The notes beneath the pieces were generated by a model. It did no database searches. It had not been told where the DNA came from and saw only the letters and a list, made by a program, of their open reading frames with translations. A stretch of DNA of 64,000 nucleotides from positions 2,566 to 66,565 of the forward strand of contig JAGHER010000088.1 of NCBI GenBank assembly GCA_017889125.1, read 5' to 3'. Origin of the DNA: Lachnospiraceae bacterium (GTDB lineage: Bacteria > Bacillota > Clostridia > Lachnospirales > Lachnospiraceae). Shown piece by piece: positions 25,759 to 35,892 of the stretch. The position numbers and the translations under genes were made by a program. The first letter of the stretch is position 1. Every line of letters starts with the position of its first letter.

Positions 25759-26489
25759 TGTATCGGCTGATTATTGCTGACGATGAACGGATTGTGCTGG
25801 ATGGAATTAAAAATACCATTGACTGGAAAGCCCTGGGCGTCCAGGTGGTGGCCTGGGCGCAGGACGGGGAGGAATTTTACCGCAAGGCGGTGGAATGCAC
25901 CCCGGATATTGCACTGGTGGATATCCGGATGCCGGGGATGGATGGGCTGACGGCCATAGGAAAGCTTCGGCCCCTGCTGGATCACTGCCAGTTTATCATC
26001 TTTACGGCTTACGAGGATTTTTCCTACGCCAAGCGGGCGCTGGAGCTGGGAGTGATGGCTTACATCACCAAGCCGGTACTAAAAAGCGAGGTGATCGAAA
26101 AGGTGCAGCTGGCTGTGCGCCGTTTAGAGGATGGAGGACAGGTGCGGCGAAGGGCGGATAAAGGCCAGCCTGCAGCCATCGACCAGATCCGGCGGTATAT
26201 GAAGGCCCATGTGGATTCGGATTACTCCCTGATGGATGTGGCGGAGTACATGCAGATGAATCCAGCTTATTTAAGCCGGTATTTTAAGGAAAAGACCGGC
26301 GAAACCTTCCTGGAATACGACAAAAGGCTTAAGATGGAGCGGGCCCAGGAGCTGCTCTGGACCACCAATATGAAAACCTATGAGATCGCCAACAAGCTGG
26401 GCTACAAAAGCACCCAGCACTTTTCTCGAATTTTCAAAGAATACAACGGCTGTACGCCCATGGAGTACAGACAAAGGAGGACACAATGA
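25758..26489 (+). CDS. YesN-type response regulator (REC + AraC-type HTH)
   Basis: TAATG overlap with the kinase gene. REC block IIADDE...DIALVDIRMPGMDG. C-terminal AraC HTH YLSRYFKEKTGETFLEY...KSTQHFSRIFKEYNGCTP. Confidence 0.88.
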   Translation: MYRLIIADDERIVLDGIKNTIDWKALGVQVVAWAQDGEEFYRKAVECTPDIALVDIRMPGMDGLTAIGKLRPLLDHCQFIIFTAYEDFSYAKRALELGVMAYITKPVLKSEVIEKVQLAVRRLEDGGQVRRRADKGQPAAIDQIRRYMKAHVDSDYSLMDVAEYMQMNPAYLSRYFKEKTGETFLEYDKRLKMERAQELLWTTNMKTYEIANKLGYKSTQHFSRIFKEYNGCTPMEYRQRRTQ

Positions 26490-28627
26490 AGGATGTGGTT
26501 TTATGCAGGGAGGACTTTCAGGATTTTCCTATCGGGGAATTTCCCTATGACCGGGATCACACGGCCATGGGAGAATACCAGTATGTGAGGGCAGAAGGCT
26601 ACCAGGGAAACTGGCTGGATCAGGTCTGCAATTATACCTACAACGGCACCGGCCCCACCTGGCTGATTACCAGCCGGGATGGGCGGCATTACATGGAATC
26701 CATGCGCATCGAGAAGAACCGTCCCCATCGCATGTTCCCTACCCTGGAGACGGGAAAGAAGCAGTGGCGGGACTATCAGGTCTCCGTATCCATGCGCCGG
26801 ATTTCCCAAAAGGGGATGGCTGGTCTTGCGGTGTGCCTGAATCACAGCATTGATACTCTGGTGTTTTATCTGGAAGGAAAGGATAAGGCGGCAGCGGCCT
26901 ACCGCCATAAGGAAGAGGTACATGTATTAAAAGAAGTGGCTTTCCCCCACGGTTGTGATGAGGAATACTGTCTTTCCGTGGACTGTACCGGGCGTCTGGC
27001 CAGATTTTTTGTGGATGGAAAGGAAGTGCTTTCTATCGAGGATGAACTGGTGGAGCGTGGCGGAAAGGTGGGAGTCACCGCTGACTGCCCTACCCAGTTT
27101 ACGGCGTTTATCGTGCAGGTGTCGGCGGAGACGAAGAGAGCCATTGACCGGCAGATGGAGGAGGATCGGCAGCAGGAGCGGCGGGAGATGGAGCGTCATC
27201 CGAAGATGAAGCTCTGGAAGAAGATTGATTTAAAGAACTTTGGCACCAGCCGCCAGGTGCGGTTCGGGCATCTCCTTGGCGGGGAGACCTGGCATGTGGT
27301 GCTGGCTCAGATGCAGAAGCGGGTCAGCCGGGATGCTTACGGAATGATCAGCTGCCTGACGGCTGTGGACTTGGAGGGAAATGTGCTGTGGCAGCTGGGA
27401 GAGCCCTCAGAGCAGACTCAGGTACTGGGAAAGGTTTCGGCGGATATGGCCTTCCAGGTCTACGATATCGACGGAGATGGGAAGGATGAGGTGATCGTGG
27501 GCTGGGATTTTGAGATCCGCATCCTGGACGGAGCTACGGGACGGGTGAAGAAATCGGCCAAAACGCCCTTCTCCGATGAGGATGACCGGGAGCTGATCGG
27601 CGTTCCCTACCAGACCTACGCCTTTGAACGCATCAATCCCGACGGCATCCGCATCTGCAATTTCCGCGGCAAGGAGCGGCCGGCGGATATCCTCATCAAG
27701 GACCGCTACTGCCGGGTCTATGCCCTGGATGAGGATCTGCAGCTGATGTGGAAGTACAAAAGCACCACCAATACCGGCCATTGCCCCCTTCCCGTAGATA
27801 TTGACGGGGATGGGAAGGATGAGCTGCTGGTGGGGTACAAGCTTTTAGACAGCGACGGCACTCTTTTGTGGAGCTATCCCATCACAGAGGATCACACTGA
27901 CGAGATCGTGGCTGGGAAATGGATGCCAGGAGAGGATGAAGGCCATTTTGCCTGCGTATCCGGCACTGAAGGCTTTTTTATCGGCGATTTTTATGGAAAT
28001 ATCCTGATGCGGGATAAGATCGGCCACGCTCAGCGGGTGTCCATCGCCAATTACTGCCCGGAGCGGGAGGGAAGGGAGATTGTGGTTTCGAACTTCTGGG
28101 GTCACCAGGGGGTGATTTTCCTGTATGACTGCTGGGGAAATCCCATCTGGGAGATGCAGAATGAGATGAACGGCAATATCCTGGCTCCGGTCAACTGGGA
28201 CGGAAACGGAGCAGAGCTGATTCTGACCAATGCAGACCCAGAAAAGGGCGGCCTGCTAAATGGCGAGGGTATCCGTACCGTGGAATTTCCTGATGATGGT
28301 CATCCCGTCCTGTGCTGCGAGTCGCTGAATCTTACCGGGGATGAGCGGGACGAGCTGGTGGTGTGGGATTACCATTGGATGTACATATACACCCAGGAGG
28401 ATAATCCCAAGCCTCAGACCTACCATCCGGTGCAGTTTCCGGTGTACAATGCTTCCAATTACCGGGGCGAGTATTCCTTCCCCGATGCTTCTTATCTGGA
28501 ATTTCATGGAGATAAAGCGAAAATGAGGGAGATGGGGAAGAAGGAGAAGCTGGAAAAAGAGCCAAAGAGCAGCGTTAGGAAAGAGGAAAAAGGAAAAGAG
28601 GTAAAGCTGTGCAAGGAGAAGAGATGA
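26486..28627 (+). CDS. 713-aa cytoplasmic protein: N-terminal lectin/ConA-like domain + FG-GAP-type beta-propeller + Lys/Glu-rich tail (candidate glycan-active enzyme)
   Basis: ATGA overlaps at both ends (26486-26489, 28624-28627). Repeated Ca-binding-like loops YDIDGDGKDEVIVG, VDIDGDGKDELLVG, NWDGNGAELIL, LTGDERDELVV. No signal peptide. Confidence 0.75.
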   Translation: MKDVVLCREDFQDFPIGEFPYDRDHTAMGEYQYVRAEGYQGNWLDQVCNYTYNGTGPTWLITSRDGRHYMESMRIEKNRPHRMFPTLETGKKQWRDYQVSVSMRRISQKGMAGLAVCLNHSIDTLVFYLEGKDKAAAAYRHKEEVHVLKEVAFPHGCDEEYCLSVDCTGRLARFFVDGKEVLSIEDELVERGGKVGVTADCPTQFTAFIVQVSAETKRAIDRQMEEDRQQERREMERHPKMKLWKKIDLKNFGTSRQVRFGHLLGGETWHVVLAQMQKRVSRDAYGMISCLTAVDLEGNVLWQLGEPSEQTQVLGKVSADMAFQVYDIDGDGKDEVIVGWDFEIRILDGATGRVKKSAKTPFSDEDDRELIGVPYQTYAFERINPDGIRICNFRGKERPADILIKDRYCRVYALDEDLQLMWKYKSTTNTGHCPLPVDIDGDGKDELLVGYKLLDSDGTLLWSYPITEDHTDEIVAGKWMPGEDEGHFACVSGTEGFFIGDFYGNILMRDKIGHAQRVSIANYCPEREGREIVVSNFWGHQGVIFLYDCWGNPIWEMQNEMNGNILAPVNWDGNGAELILTNADPEKGGLLNGEGIRTVEFPDDGHPVLCCESLNLTGDERDELVVWDYHWMYIYTQEDNPKPQTYHPVQFPVYNASNYRGEYSFPDASYLEFHGDKAKMREMGKKEKLEKEPKSSVRKEEKGKEVKLCKEKR

Positions 28628-30840
28628 CGGCGGAGAGGAACGGAAAGGGCTGCAGGCAGGCTGCCAGACGGCGGGCGGAGAAGCAGGCGAGGGAGCTTTT
28701 GGCCAAGATGACGGTAGAGGAGAAGGCTTCCCTGTTAAAATACGATTCTCCTGCCATCCCGCGTCTGGGCATACCGGAGTACAACTGGTGGAATGAGGCC
28801 CTTCACGGTGTGGCCCGGGCCGGTACCGCTACGGTCTTTCCTGTACCGATCGCCCTTGCGGCCACCTTTGACCGGGAGCTGGCAGAAGCGGTCGGGGACT
28901 GCATTTCCACAGAGGGAAGGGCCAAATACAATGAATTTCAAAAGGAAGGGGATTACGGGATTTATAAGGGCCTTACTTACTGGTCGCCAAACATCAATAT
29001 TTTCCGTGATCCCCGATGGGGAAGGGGCCATGAAACCTTCGGAGAGGATCCGTATCTGACGGGACAGATGGGGGCTGCCTTTATAACCGGCATTCAAGGT
29101 ACAGAGGAGGAATTTCTTAAGGCAGCAGCCTGTGTAAAGCATCTGGCTGTCCATTCCGGCCCTGAGGCCCTCCGCCATGAATTTGACGCCCAGGTAAGCG
29201 AGAAGGACCTGTGGGAAACCTATCTTCCGGCCTTTGCTTACTGCGTCATGGAAGCAGATGTGGAAGGTGCCATGGGCGGCTACAGCAGCTTAAACGGCAC
29301 GCCCCTCTGCGGCAATAAGCGGCTGATCCAGGAAATCCTGCGGGAAAAATGGGGTTTTGCAGGCTATTACGTGTCAGACTGCTGGGCTCTGCGGGATTTC
29401 CATGAGCATCATATGGTCACCAATACTCCGGAGGAGTCTGCTGCCATGGCGATCAAGGCAGGCTGTGACATTAACTGCGGCAGCTGCTACAATCAGCTGA
29501 TGAAGGCTTATTACCGGGGATTGGTAAAGGAAGAGGAAATTGATCAGGCGGCATGCAGGGCGCTGACCACCAGGCTTTTGCTGGGAATGAAGGAAAAAAC
29601 GCCCTGGGATCACCTATCCTGCCGGGATGTGGACGCCCCGGAGGCGGCCAGACTGAATCTCCGGGCAGCAGAGGAGTCCATCGTACTCCTGAAAAATGAG
29701 GGCCTTCTGCCCCTGGATCTGTCTGGGATATCCGCCATTGGCCTGATTGGTCCCAACGCCGATTCTACGGTGGTACTTCACGGTAATTATCACGGCACGG
29801 CATCCCATTATGTGACGGTGGCAGAGGGACTGAAAGCTGCGCTTGAGGCTACATCTAAGGCCGCGTTTGAGAATGCAATGGGAAATCGTGATGTGGGCAG
29901 AGAGATACGTCTTCTCTATGCTCAGGGCAGTGAGATTGTCGAACCGCGTACAGAACGGCTGGCCCGGGAGGGCGACCGGATCGCGGAGGCCAGAGCTGTG
30001 GCAAAGGCCAGCGATGTAGTCATCCTTTGTGTGGGCCTGGATGAGCGCTATGAAGGAGAAGCCCATCACATCAGCACGGGAGAATGTATGGGAGGAGACA
30101 AGGAGGATCTGCAGTTTCCCAAGCCCCAGCGTCGACTTATGGAGGCCGTGCTCTCCTGCGGGAAGCCGGTGGTGATCTGCTGCATGGCCGGGAGCTGTCT
30201 GGATTTAAGCCCCTATGCAGAACAGGCGGCAGCCATTATCCAGTCCTGGTATCCAGGAGCCCAGGGCGGAACCGCCATAGCCCGTATGCTTTTGGGAGAA
30301 TGCTCGCCCTCCGGGAAGCTGCCGGTAACTTTCTACAGTTCCGACTATCAGCTGCCGGAATTTACCGACTATTCCATGAAAAACCGTACCTACCGCTATG
30401 TGGAGAGGGGCGTCCTCTACCCCTTTGGCTATGGCCTGACCTATGGGAATGGGCAGGTGACGGGGGCGTCCTATGACCGTGAGCGTCATGCCGTTCATTT
30501 TGTTATCAAAAATTCCTCGTCGGAGGAAATTACGGAGGTTGTGCAGGTCTATAAACGGAATCCAGAATCGGCCTTTGAGGTGCGCAATACTGCCTTGTGC
30601 GGCTTTAAGCGAGTGAAGCTGATGCCCTGGGAGACAGCCGAAGGGGAGATTCCTTTGGATGAGCAGGCGTTTACCGTGGTAAATGCGGAGGGAGAGAAGG
30701 TACAGGATGGAAACCGGTATCTGCTCTTTGTGGCTGCCCACGGGCCGGATGCACGAAGCGTTCAGCTGACAGGAAGTGAGGCTATTGTCCTGGATGTCTC
30801 AATTGGCAGTTCTGCTGCCAGTGGATGCATGGATACATAG
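28624..30840 (+). CDS. GH3 beta-glucosidase/beta-xylosidase-type exo-glycosidase
   Basis: NIFRDPRWGRGHETFGEDP, KHLAVHSGPE, YYVSDCWA (nucleophile Asp). ATG 28624 overlaps the upstream stop; the track start 28609 is also possible. Confidence 0.88.
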   Translation: MTAERNGKGCRQAARRRAEKQARELLAKMTVEEKASLLKYDSPAIPRLGIPEYNWWNEALHGVARAGTATVFPVPIALAATFDRELAEAVGDCISTEGRAKYNEFQKEGDYGIYKGLTYWSPNINIFRDPRWGRGHETFGEDPYLTGQMGAAFITGIQGTEEEFLKAAACVKHLAVHSGPEALRHEFDAQVSEKDLWETYLPAFAYCVMEADVEGAMGGYSSLNGTPLCGNKRLIQEILREKWGFAGYYVSDCWALRDFHEHHMVTNTPEESAAMAIKAGCDINCGSCYNQLMKAYYRGLVKEEEIDQAACRALTTRLLLGMKEKTPWDHLSCRDVDAPEAARLNLRAAEESIVLLKNEGLLPLDLSGISAIGLIGPNADSTVVLHGNYHGTASHYVTVAEGLKAALEATSKAAFENAMGNRDVGREIRLLYAQGSEIVEPRTERLAREGDRIAEARAVAKASDVVILCVGLDERYEGEAHHISTGECMGGDKEDLQFPKPQRRLMEAVLSCGKPVVICCMAGSCLDLSPYAEQAAAIIQSWYPGAQGGTAIARMLLGECSPSGKLPVTFYSSDYQLPEFTDYSMKNRTYRYVERGVLYPFGYGLTYGNGQVTGASYDRERHAVHFVIKNSSSEEITEVVQVYKRNPESAFEVRNTALCGFKRVKLMPWETAEGEIPLDEQAFTVVNAEGEKVQDGNRYLLFVAAHGPDARSVQLTGSEAIVLDVSIGSSAASGCMDT

Positions 30841-30876
30841 ATACAAAGAAAACAGAAAAACCAAGGAGGAATCAAC

Positions 30877-32292
30877 ATGAAAACCGAACACGGAAAGTGC
30901 AGTGATGTGCGTATCGCCTACATCGGCGGAGGAAGCCACGGATGGGCCTGGACCTTTTTAAAGGATCTGGCCCAGGAGGAGGAGCTGTCCGGCATCGTGG
31001 ATCTTTATGATATTGACCAGCCCATGGCAGAGCAGAACGCGGTGATCGGCAGCCGCCTGTTCGCCCGCCCGGAGGTGAAGGGGCAGTGGGTCTTTCAGGT
31101 CAGCGGCTCGTTAAAAGAACTTTTGGAAAAGCACCCGGACTTCGTAATTATCTCCATCCTGCCGGGAACCTTTGACCATATGGAATCCGATGTGCATCTG
31201 CCGGAGAAATACGGAATCTACCAGTCTGTGGGCGATACGGCAGGCCCCGGCGGTCTGGTGCGGGCACTGCGGACCATTCCCATGTTCGTGGAGATCGCAG
31301 AGGCCATCAAGGCTTACTGCCCGGAGACGCTGGTTATCAATTACACCAACCCCATGTCCCTGTGTGTAAAGACCCTGTACCACGTATTTCCTCAGATCAA
31401 GGCCTTCGGCTGCTGCCATGAGGTGTTTGGCACCCAGAAAATCCTGCGGAATCTCTATGAGATGGCTACTGGAGATACCGGTGTGGACAGAAGCGAGGTA
31501 ATCGTCAATGTGCAGGGAATCAATCACTTCACCTGGTTTGACCGGGCTTCCGTGAGAGGGACAGACCTGTTCCCCATTTACGAAAAGTTTATTGAAGAGC
31601 ATTTTGCCGAAGGGTACAATGATCCGGATCGGAACTGGATGAATGGAACCTTCAACTGTGCTCATCGGGTCAAGATGGATCTGTTCTGCAAATATGGAAA
31701 CATTGCGGCAGCAGGAGACCGTCATCTTGCGGAGTTTATGCCGGGAGAGATTTATCTGCGGGATCCGGAGCAGGTGCGGGAATGGAAGTTTGCCCTGACT
31801 ACTGTGGATTGGAGAAAGGAGCGGCAGGAGGAGAAGAATGCCCAGGCCAGACGGCTGGCTGCCGGTGAGGAGGAGCTTTCGCTGGAAGCCACCGGCGAGG
31901 AGGGAATCCTGTTAATTAAGGCTCTCTGCGGTCTGCGGCGGATGGTAAGCAATGTCAATATTCCCAATACTGGCAGACAGATCTCCAACCTGCCGTCTAC
32001 AGCTGTGGTGGAAACGAATGCGGTCTTTTCCAAGGGATCTATCCAGCCTGTTTTTGCCGGAGAGATGAAGCCGGTGATCCGCGATCTGGTTATGCCCCAT
32101 GTGATCAATCACGAGCGGATCCTGGAGGCAGCCATAAAGCCAAACTTTAGTCTGGCTCTGGAAGCCTTTATGGATGATCCTCTGGTAAAGGGAAGGATTT
32201 CCCGGGAGGATGGGGAGAAGCTTTTGAAAGAAATGATTAGAAATACCCTGGACATTCTGCCGGAGGAGTGGAAAGCGCAGATGGTTTATTAA
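30877..32292 (+). CDS. GH4 NAD/Mn-dependent glycosidase, LplD (alpha-galacturonidase)-like
   Basis: AAGGAGGA SD. N-terminal Rossmann IAYIGGGSHGW, then INYTNPM and GCCHEV blocks typical of GH4. Confidence 0.85.
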   Translation: MKTEHGKCSDVRIAYIGGGSHGWAWTFLKDLAQEEELSGIVDLYDIDQPMAEQNAVIGSRLFARPEVKGQWVFQVSGSLKELLEKHPDFVIISILPGTFDHMESDVHLPEKYGIYQSVGDTAGPGGLVRALRTIPMFVEIAEAIKAYCPETLVINYTNPMSLCVKTLYHVFPQIKAFGCCHEVFGTQKILRNLYEMATGDTGVDRSEVIVNVQGINHFTWFDRASVRGTDLFPIYEKFIEEHFAEGYNDPDRNWMNGTFNCAHRVKMDLFCKYGNIAAAGDRHLAEFMPGEIYLRDPEQVREWKFALTTVDWRKERQEEKNAQARRLAAGEEELSLEATGEEGILLIKALCGLRRMVSNVNIPNTGRQISNLPSTAVVETNAVFSKGSIQPVFAGEMKPVIRDLVMPHVINHERILEAAIKPNFSLALEAFMDDPLVKGRISREDGEKLLKEMIRNTLDILPEEWKAQMVY

Positions 32293-33656
32293 CATCTTTC
32301 CAGCTCAAAAAATCCCTGGAATTCCTGAAAATATGTCTCCTCAACCTTTCGCATATACACGGTGGCCTTCGCCTCATCCAGATGAATCAGAATGTGGATG
32401 GAGCCCACACACTCGTCCGCCAGCTGGATGGGAAGGTAAAGGGAATCCTTATCCAGGAAGCGGGCCTGGACGGCAATCCGCTGCTGGTATCCCTCCAGCA
32501 CGCTCACCGTCGGAAGGCGGAAGGAGAAGGGGATGGTGAAAGTCAGATCTTCCTTTTTCAGCTTAAGGAGGCCGTCCTCTCCCTGGTAGGAAAGCTCCAT
32601 GCCGCAGAAGCCTTTGCTATTGCTGCAGAAGCGGTAGCTGGCGGAAAATGGAGGATACCATATGGGAGATGCGGCTGCCGCTGGAGAATCGCTCCCCGTC
32701 TCAGTTTCGGCCAGGAAGGGTGTCAGGCACTCATGCACCAGATCCAGAAGCTTCTGGTATCCGCCCTTGTAATTCTGTGTATCGGCGGTCATCACCAGCA
32801 CCAGATCCAGCTGCGGATAGAAGAGGACATACTGTCCGCCCATTCCATACATGGCAAAGCCATCGCGGATCTGCCAGAACTGGTAGCCGTAGCCCTGCTG
32901 CTCATCCGGGGTCTGCCCGGAGTGGGCGGTGGGCACCAGGCAGGAGACGGCCTCCCGCAGGTAATCGGCAAAGACGCCTTCTCCCCTGAGGATGGTGTCC
33001 ATGCAGAAGCGGCCGGTTTTTAACAGATCCATGGGCAGGGCCATCAAGCCGGAGCCGCCCATTTCTGCGCCGAAGGGATCGGTGATCAAGTAGGCTGCCT
33101 TTGAAAAGCCCAGAGAATCCAGACATTTTTCCCGGAGATAATCCAGCACGCCTTTTCCTGACAGTTTTTTTACCAGGGCAGCCAGGGTGTGGCTGGATGA
33201 GGTGTCATACTGAAAGATCTGCCCGCTGCGATGGCTGGGGGCAGTGGTGAAGAAGCTTTCTACCCAGTTCTTTCCCATGTCGGCCTTGTAGGTGGTGGAA
33301 GAGTAGCAGGTTTCCATGGAAAGCATATGGCGGATCGTCATCGCTTCCAGCCAGGGATGAATGGGCCGGTCTGGATTCTGGCAGTATTCCGGGAAATAGT
33401 CCGTAATCCGGTCATCCAGGGAAAGCTTTCCCTCATCCAGAAGAAAGCCCACCGCCAGGGAGCAGAAGCTCTTGGTGATGGAGAACATCCGGTGCAAGTC
33501 CTGGGGGCCGTAGGGCGCTTTGTACTGCTCCAGAAGAATGCGCCCGCCCTGGTCAGCCAGCAGGCTGTGAACAGGAAGGCCGCAGCGGGACAGGGAGTCC
33601 CAAAGCTCATTTACCGCAGGCCCCAGGGCCTGAATATCCTTATTTTGCATTTGCAT
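32289..33656 (-). CDS. Beta-lactamase-fold serine hydrolase (class C/esterase-like)
   Basis: SxxK motif in MFSITKSFCSLAVGF. 455 aa, no signal peptide. Overlaps the upstream AraC gene by 17 nt. Confidence 0.75.
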   Translation of the reverse strand: MQMQNKDIQALGPAVNELWDSLSRCGLPVHSLLADQGGRILLEQYKAPYGPQDLHRMFSITKSFCSLAVGFLLDEGKLSLDDRITDYFPEYCQNPDRPIHPWLEAMTIRHMLSMETCYSSTTYKADMGKNWVESFFTTAPSHRSGQIFQYDTSSSHTLAALVKKLSGKGVLDYLREKCLDSLGFSKAAYLITDPFGAEMGGSGLMALPMDLLKTGRFCMDTILRGEGVFADYLREAVSCLVPTAHSGQTPDEQQGYGYQFWQIRDGFAMYGMGGQYVLFYPQLDLVLVMTADTQNYKGGYQKLLDLVHECLTPFLAETETGSDSPAAAASPIWYPPFSASYRFCSNSKGFCGMELSYQGEDGLLKLKKEDLTFTIPFSFRLPTVSVLEGYQQRIAVQARFLDKDSLYLPIQLADECVGSIHILIHLDEAKATVYMRKVEETYFQEFQGFFELERC

Positions 33657-35892
33657 TAATGTTATCCCTCATTTCCTTCGGCGACACGCCGAAATTTTTC
33701 TTAAATGCCCGCCGGAAAGAAGCGGCGTTGTTGTAGCCCAGATGCTGGTACAGGGTGGAAAGGCTTACGTTGGAATCCAGAATCATTTCCTTGGCCTTTG
33801 CCATACGCAGCCGCTCCAGATAGGTGGAAAAATTCTCCGATACTTCCTTTTTAAATAAGTAGCTGAAGTAATTTTCCGAGATTCCGAATTCGTCGGAAAT
33901 CTTGGTCAGTCCCAGATTGGGATCCGGGTAGTTGTTGTTGATGTATTCCTGGATTTTCAGGATCAGCTCATTTCCCTCAGAGGAATCGCCGCACACATCA
34001 CACAGCTCAGCGGCGATGGTATTCAGGCTGGTCAGGCTCATCTCTCCTTCAAACTGGCGGTCGATGAGATCCAGGATCTTAAGCCGCTCGCTGTCCAGAT
34101 CATCTACGGCAATGCTGTGGCGCTTCTTAAACAGGGTGCTTCGCACATCGGAGATCAGCCATCGCTGCTGGGTATAGGAGAGGCTGCGCTTAACGGTATT
34201 CTCCTTTCGGATCAGCTTAAACAGCTCATTCACCTGATCCTTGCTTCCCGTGGAGATAAAGCCGCCCAGCTGGACAGAAAGGCTGTCCGGGAAATAGTAA
34301 ACATCTGTAGAATGGGCAAAATCCACACTGCTTAAGATGTATTTGTCGGCAGTTGTTATGGATTTGGCATCCTTTGCCTGCTGATAGGATTTCCAGGTGT
34401 AGGAAATCAGGCCGTTGCGGGCGCCCAGGCCGCCGCGGATCCAAATGCCGTAATTCTCCAGCAGCTCCTTGTGAAGAGCGATAAAGACCTCCCGGTCATG
34501 ATTAACCACCTGCTCAAAGGGTACGGCCTTGTCTGAAGCGATGAGGACAGCGAAAGCCCGGTCTGAGGGCTTGTAAATGTAGCCGGTGTCCGGATAATAC
34601 CGTTTAAGCGCTTCTCTCACCAGCGTATCATAATTCTGGATAGCCAGCTCCATATCGGCAGAATGAACGCTGTTCCCCTCGGAAGGAGAAACCTCCGTAT
34701 ACAGCACATGGAACTTGGTATCCGGCCGGTCCAGAGAAAGCTCCTTGATAATATACTGCATCTCTTCATTGGTGGTGATGCTGCCCTCCATGATACGCCG
34801 CATGTAGGTCTCAATAACCATGGGCTTCTGCTTCTGCACCAGGAGATTCAGTGAAGTATTCATGGACTCGGTGGCGGAGAGCTCATCGGAGAGACGGGTA
34901 AATCTGCGGTTCCCCATAATTACGGATACAGCTGCAATGACCCCTCCCGCAGCCAGGGCTGCGATGGTAATCAGGGTGAACAGCCGCTGGTAAAGGGAGA
35001 TGGAGTAATATGCGCTGTTCTCCGGCTGCACCAGATAATACTGCCACCCATTGTAAGTAGAGACATTCTTCGTGACCAGCAGACTGGCGCCGCTGTCATC
35101 GGTGAGATGCGCGATGGAATCCGTGTAGGAAAGGCCGGAGAGGAGCGTGTAATCGGCAGCTGCGCCGGATTCAGATAAAAGCAGCATCAGAGAACCATTT
35201 TTATCAAAAATTGCCAGATAACCGGTGGTGTAACGGTTCAGATCAGCAAAAATCCGCTCCAGGCTTGCTGAGGTGATCTCATAACACATAATGGATTTAT
35301 TCTCTCTAAGCGAAACGTCAAAGATTGCCGGCGGACAGAGATAAAGATATTCCGCGGGCTTTGGCTGATCTGGCTGCAGGGGAAGCAGCTTGTTCCAGAA
35401 GCGCTGGTCCTGAAGCATGGCGCGCAGCTCCTCCGGAGCAATCCCGTAGGTAATCTCATTTAAAACATAGGAGTCAAAATTGACAAAACGGGTTGAAGAA
35501 ATTATGTAATTATTATCATACATGTAAAGGTAGGAATTGGCCGAGGGAAGCAGGAGCTCAACGGGCGTCAGGGACTTTAAGCTGGTCTGGGCGTTAAAGG
35601 CCTGATAAAAGAACGTGGGATCCTGGGAGGTAGTCAGCTCCGAGAGCTGGCGGAATTCCCGGTTAGAGGCTACCTGGCGGGAGGCTGCGCTCATCAGAGC
35701 CAGATTACTGTCCATTTCCGTGATGGCAGTGGAAAGCGCCTGCCGGTTCTGCTGATGGGTTCCATTCTTAACCTGCTGATAGGTAGCATAATAAAGGGCC
35801 ACACCAATGATCAGGATCAGCCCCAGGATTAAAATATAGGAAATTAAAAACTGGCTTTTGGAAAGCCGGCTGTTTTTTAGAGATTTTATCAT
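33640..35892 (-). CDS. Membrane-spanning one-component AraC-family regulator (two TM helices flanking a ~270-aa extracytoplasmic domain, C-terminal AraC HTH)
   Basis: TM1 FLISYILILGLILIIGVALYY, TM2 LFTLITIAALAAGGVIAAVSVIM. C-terminal YFSYLFKKEVSENFSTYLERLRM...GYNNAASFRRAFKKNFGVSP. Confidence 0.85.
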   Translation of the reverse strand: MIKSLKNSRLSKSQFLISYILILGLILIIGVALYYATYQQVKNGTHQQNRQALSTAITEMDSNLALMSAASRQVASNREFRQLSELTTSQDPTFFYQAFNAQTSLKSLTPVELLLPSANSYLYMYDNNYIISSTRFVNFDSYVLNEITYGIAPEELRAMLQDQRFWNKLLPLQPDQPKPAEYLYLCPPAIFDVSLRENKSIMCYEITSASLERIFADLNRYTTGYLAIFDKNGSLMLLLSESGAAADYTLLSGLSYTDSIAHLTDDSGASLLVTKNVSTYNGWQYYLVQPENSAYYSISLYQRLFTLITIAALAAGGVIAAVSVIMGNRRFTRLSDELSATESMNTSLNLLVQKQKPMVIETYMRRIMEGSITTNEEMQYIIKELSLDRPDTKFHVLYTEVSPSEGNSVHSADMELAIQNYDTLVREALKRYYPDTGYIYKPSDRAFAVLIASDKAVPFEQVVNHDREVFIALHKELLENYGIWIRGGLGARNGLISYTWKSYQQAKDAKSITTADKYILSSVDFAHSTDVYYFPDSLSVQLGGFISTGSKDQVNELFKLIRKENTVKRSLSYTQQRWLISDVRSTLFKKRHSIAVDDLDSERLKILDLIDRQFEGEMSLTSLNTIAAELCDVCGDSSEGNELILKIQEYINNNYPDPNLGLTKISDEFGISENYFSYLFKKEVSENFSTYLERLRMAKAKEMILDSNVSLSTLYQHLGYNNAASFRRAFKKNFGVSPKEMRDNINANAK

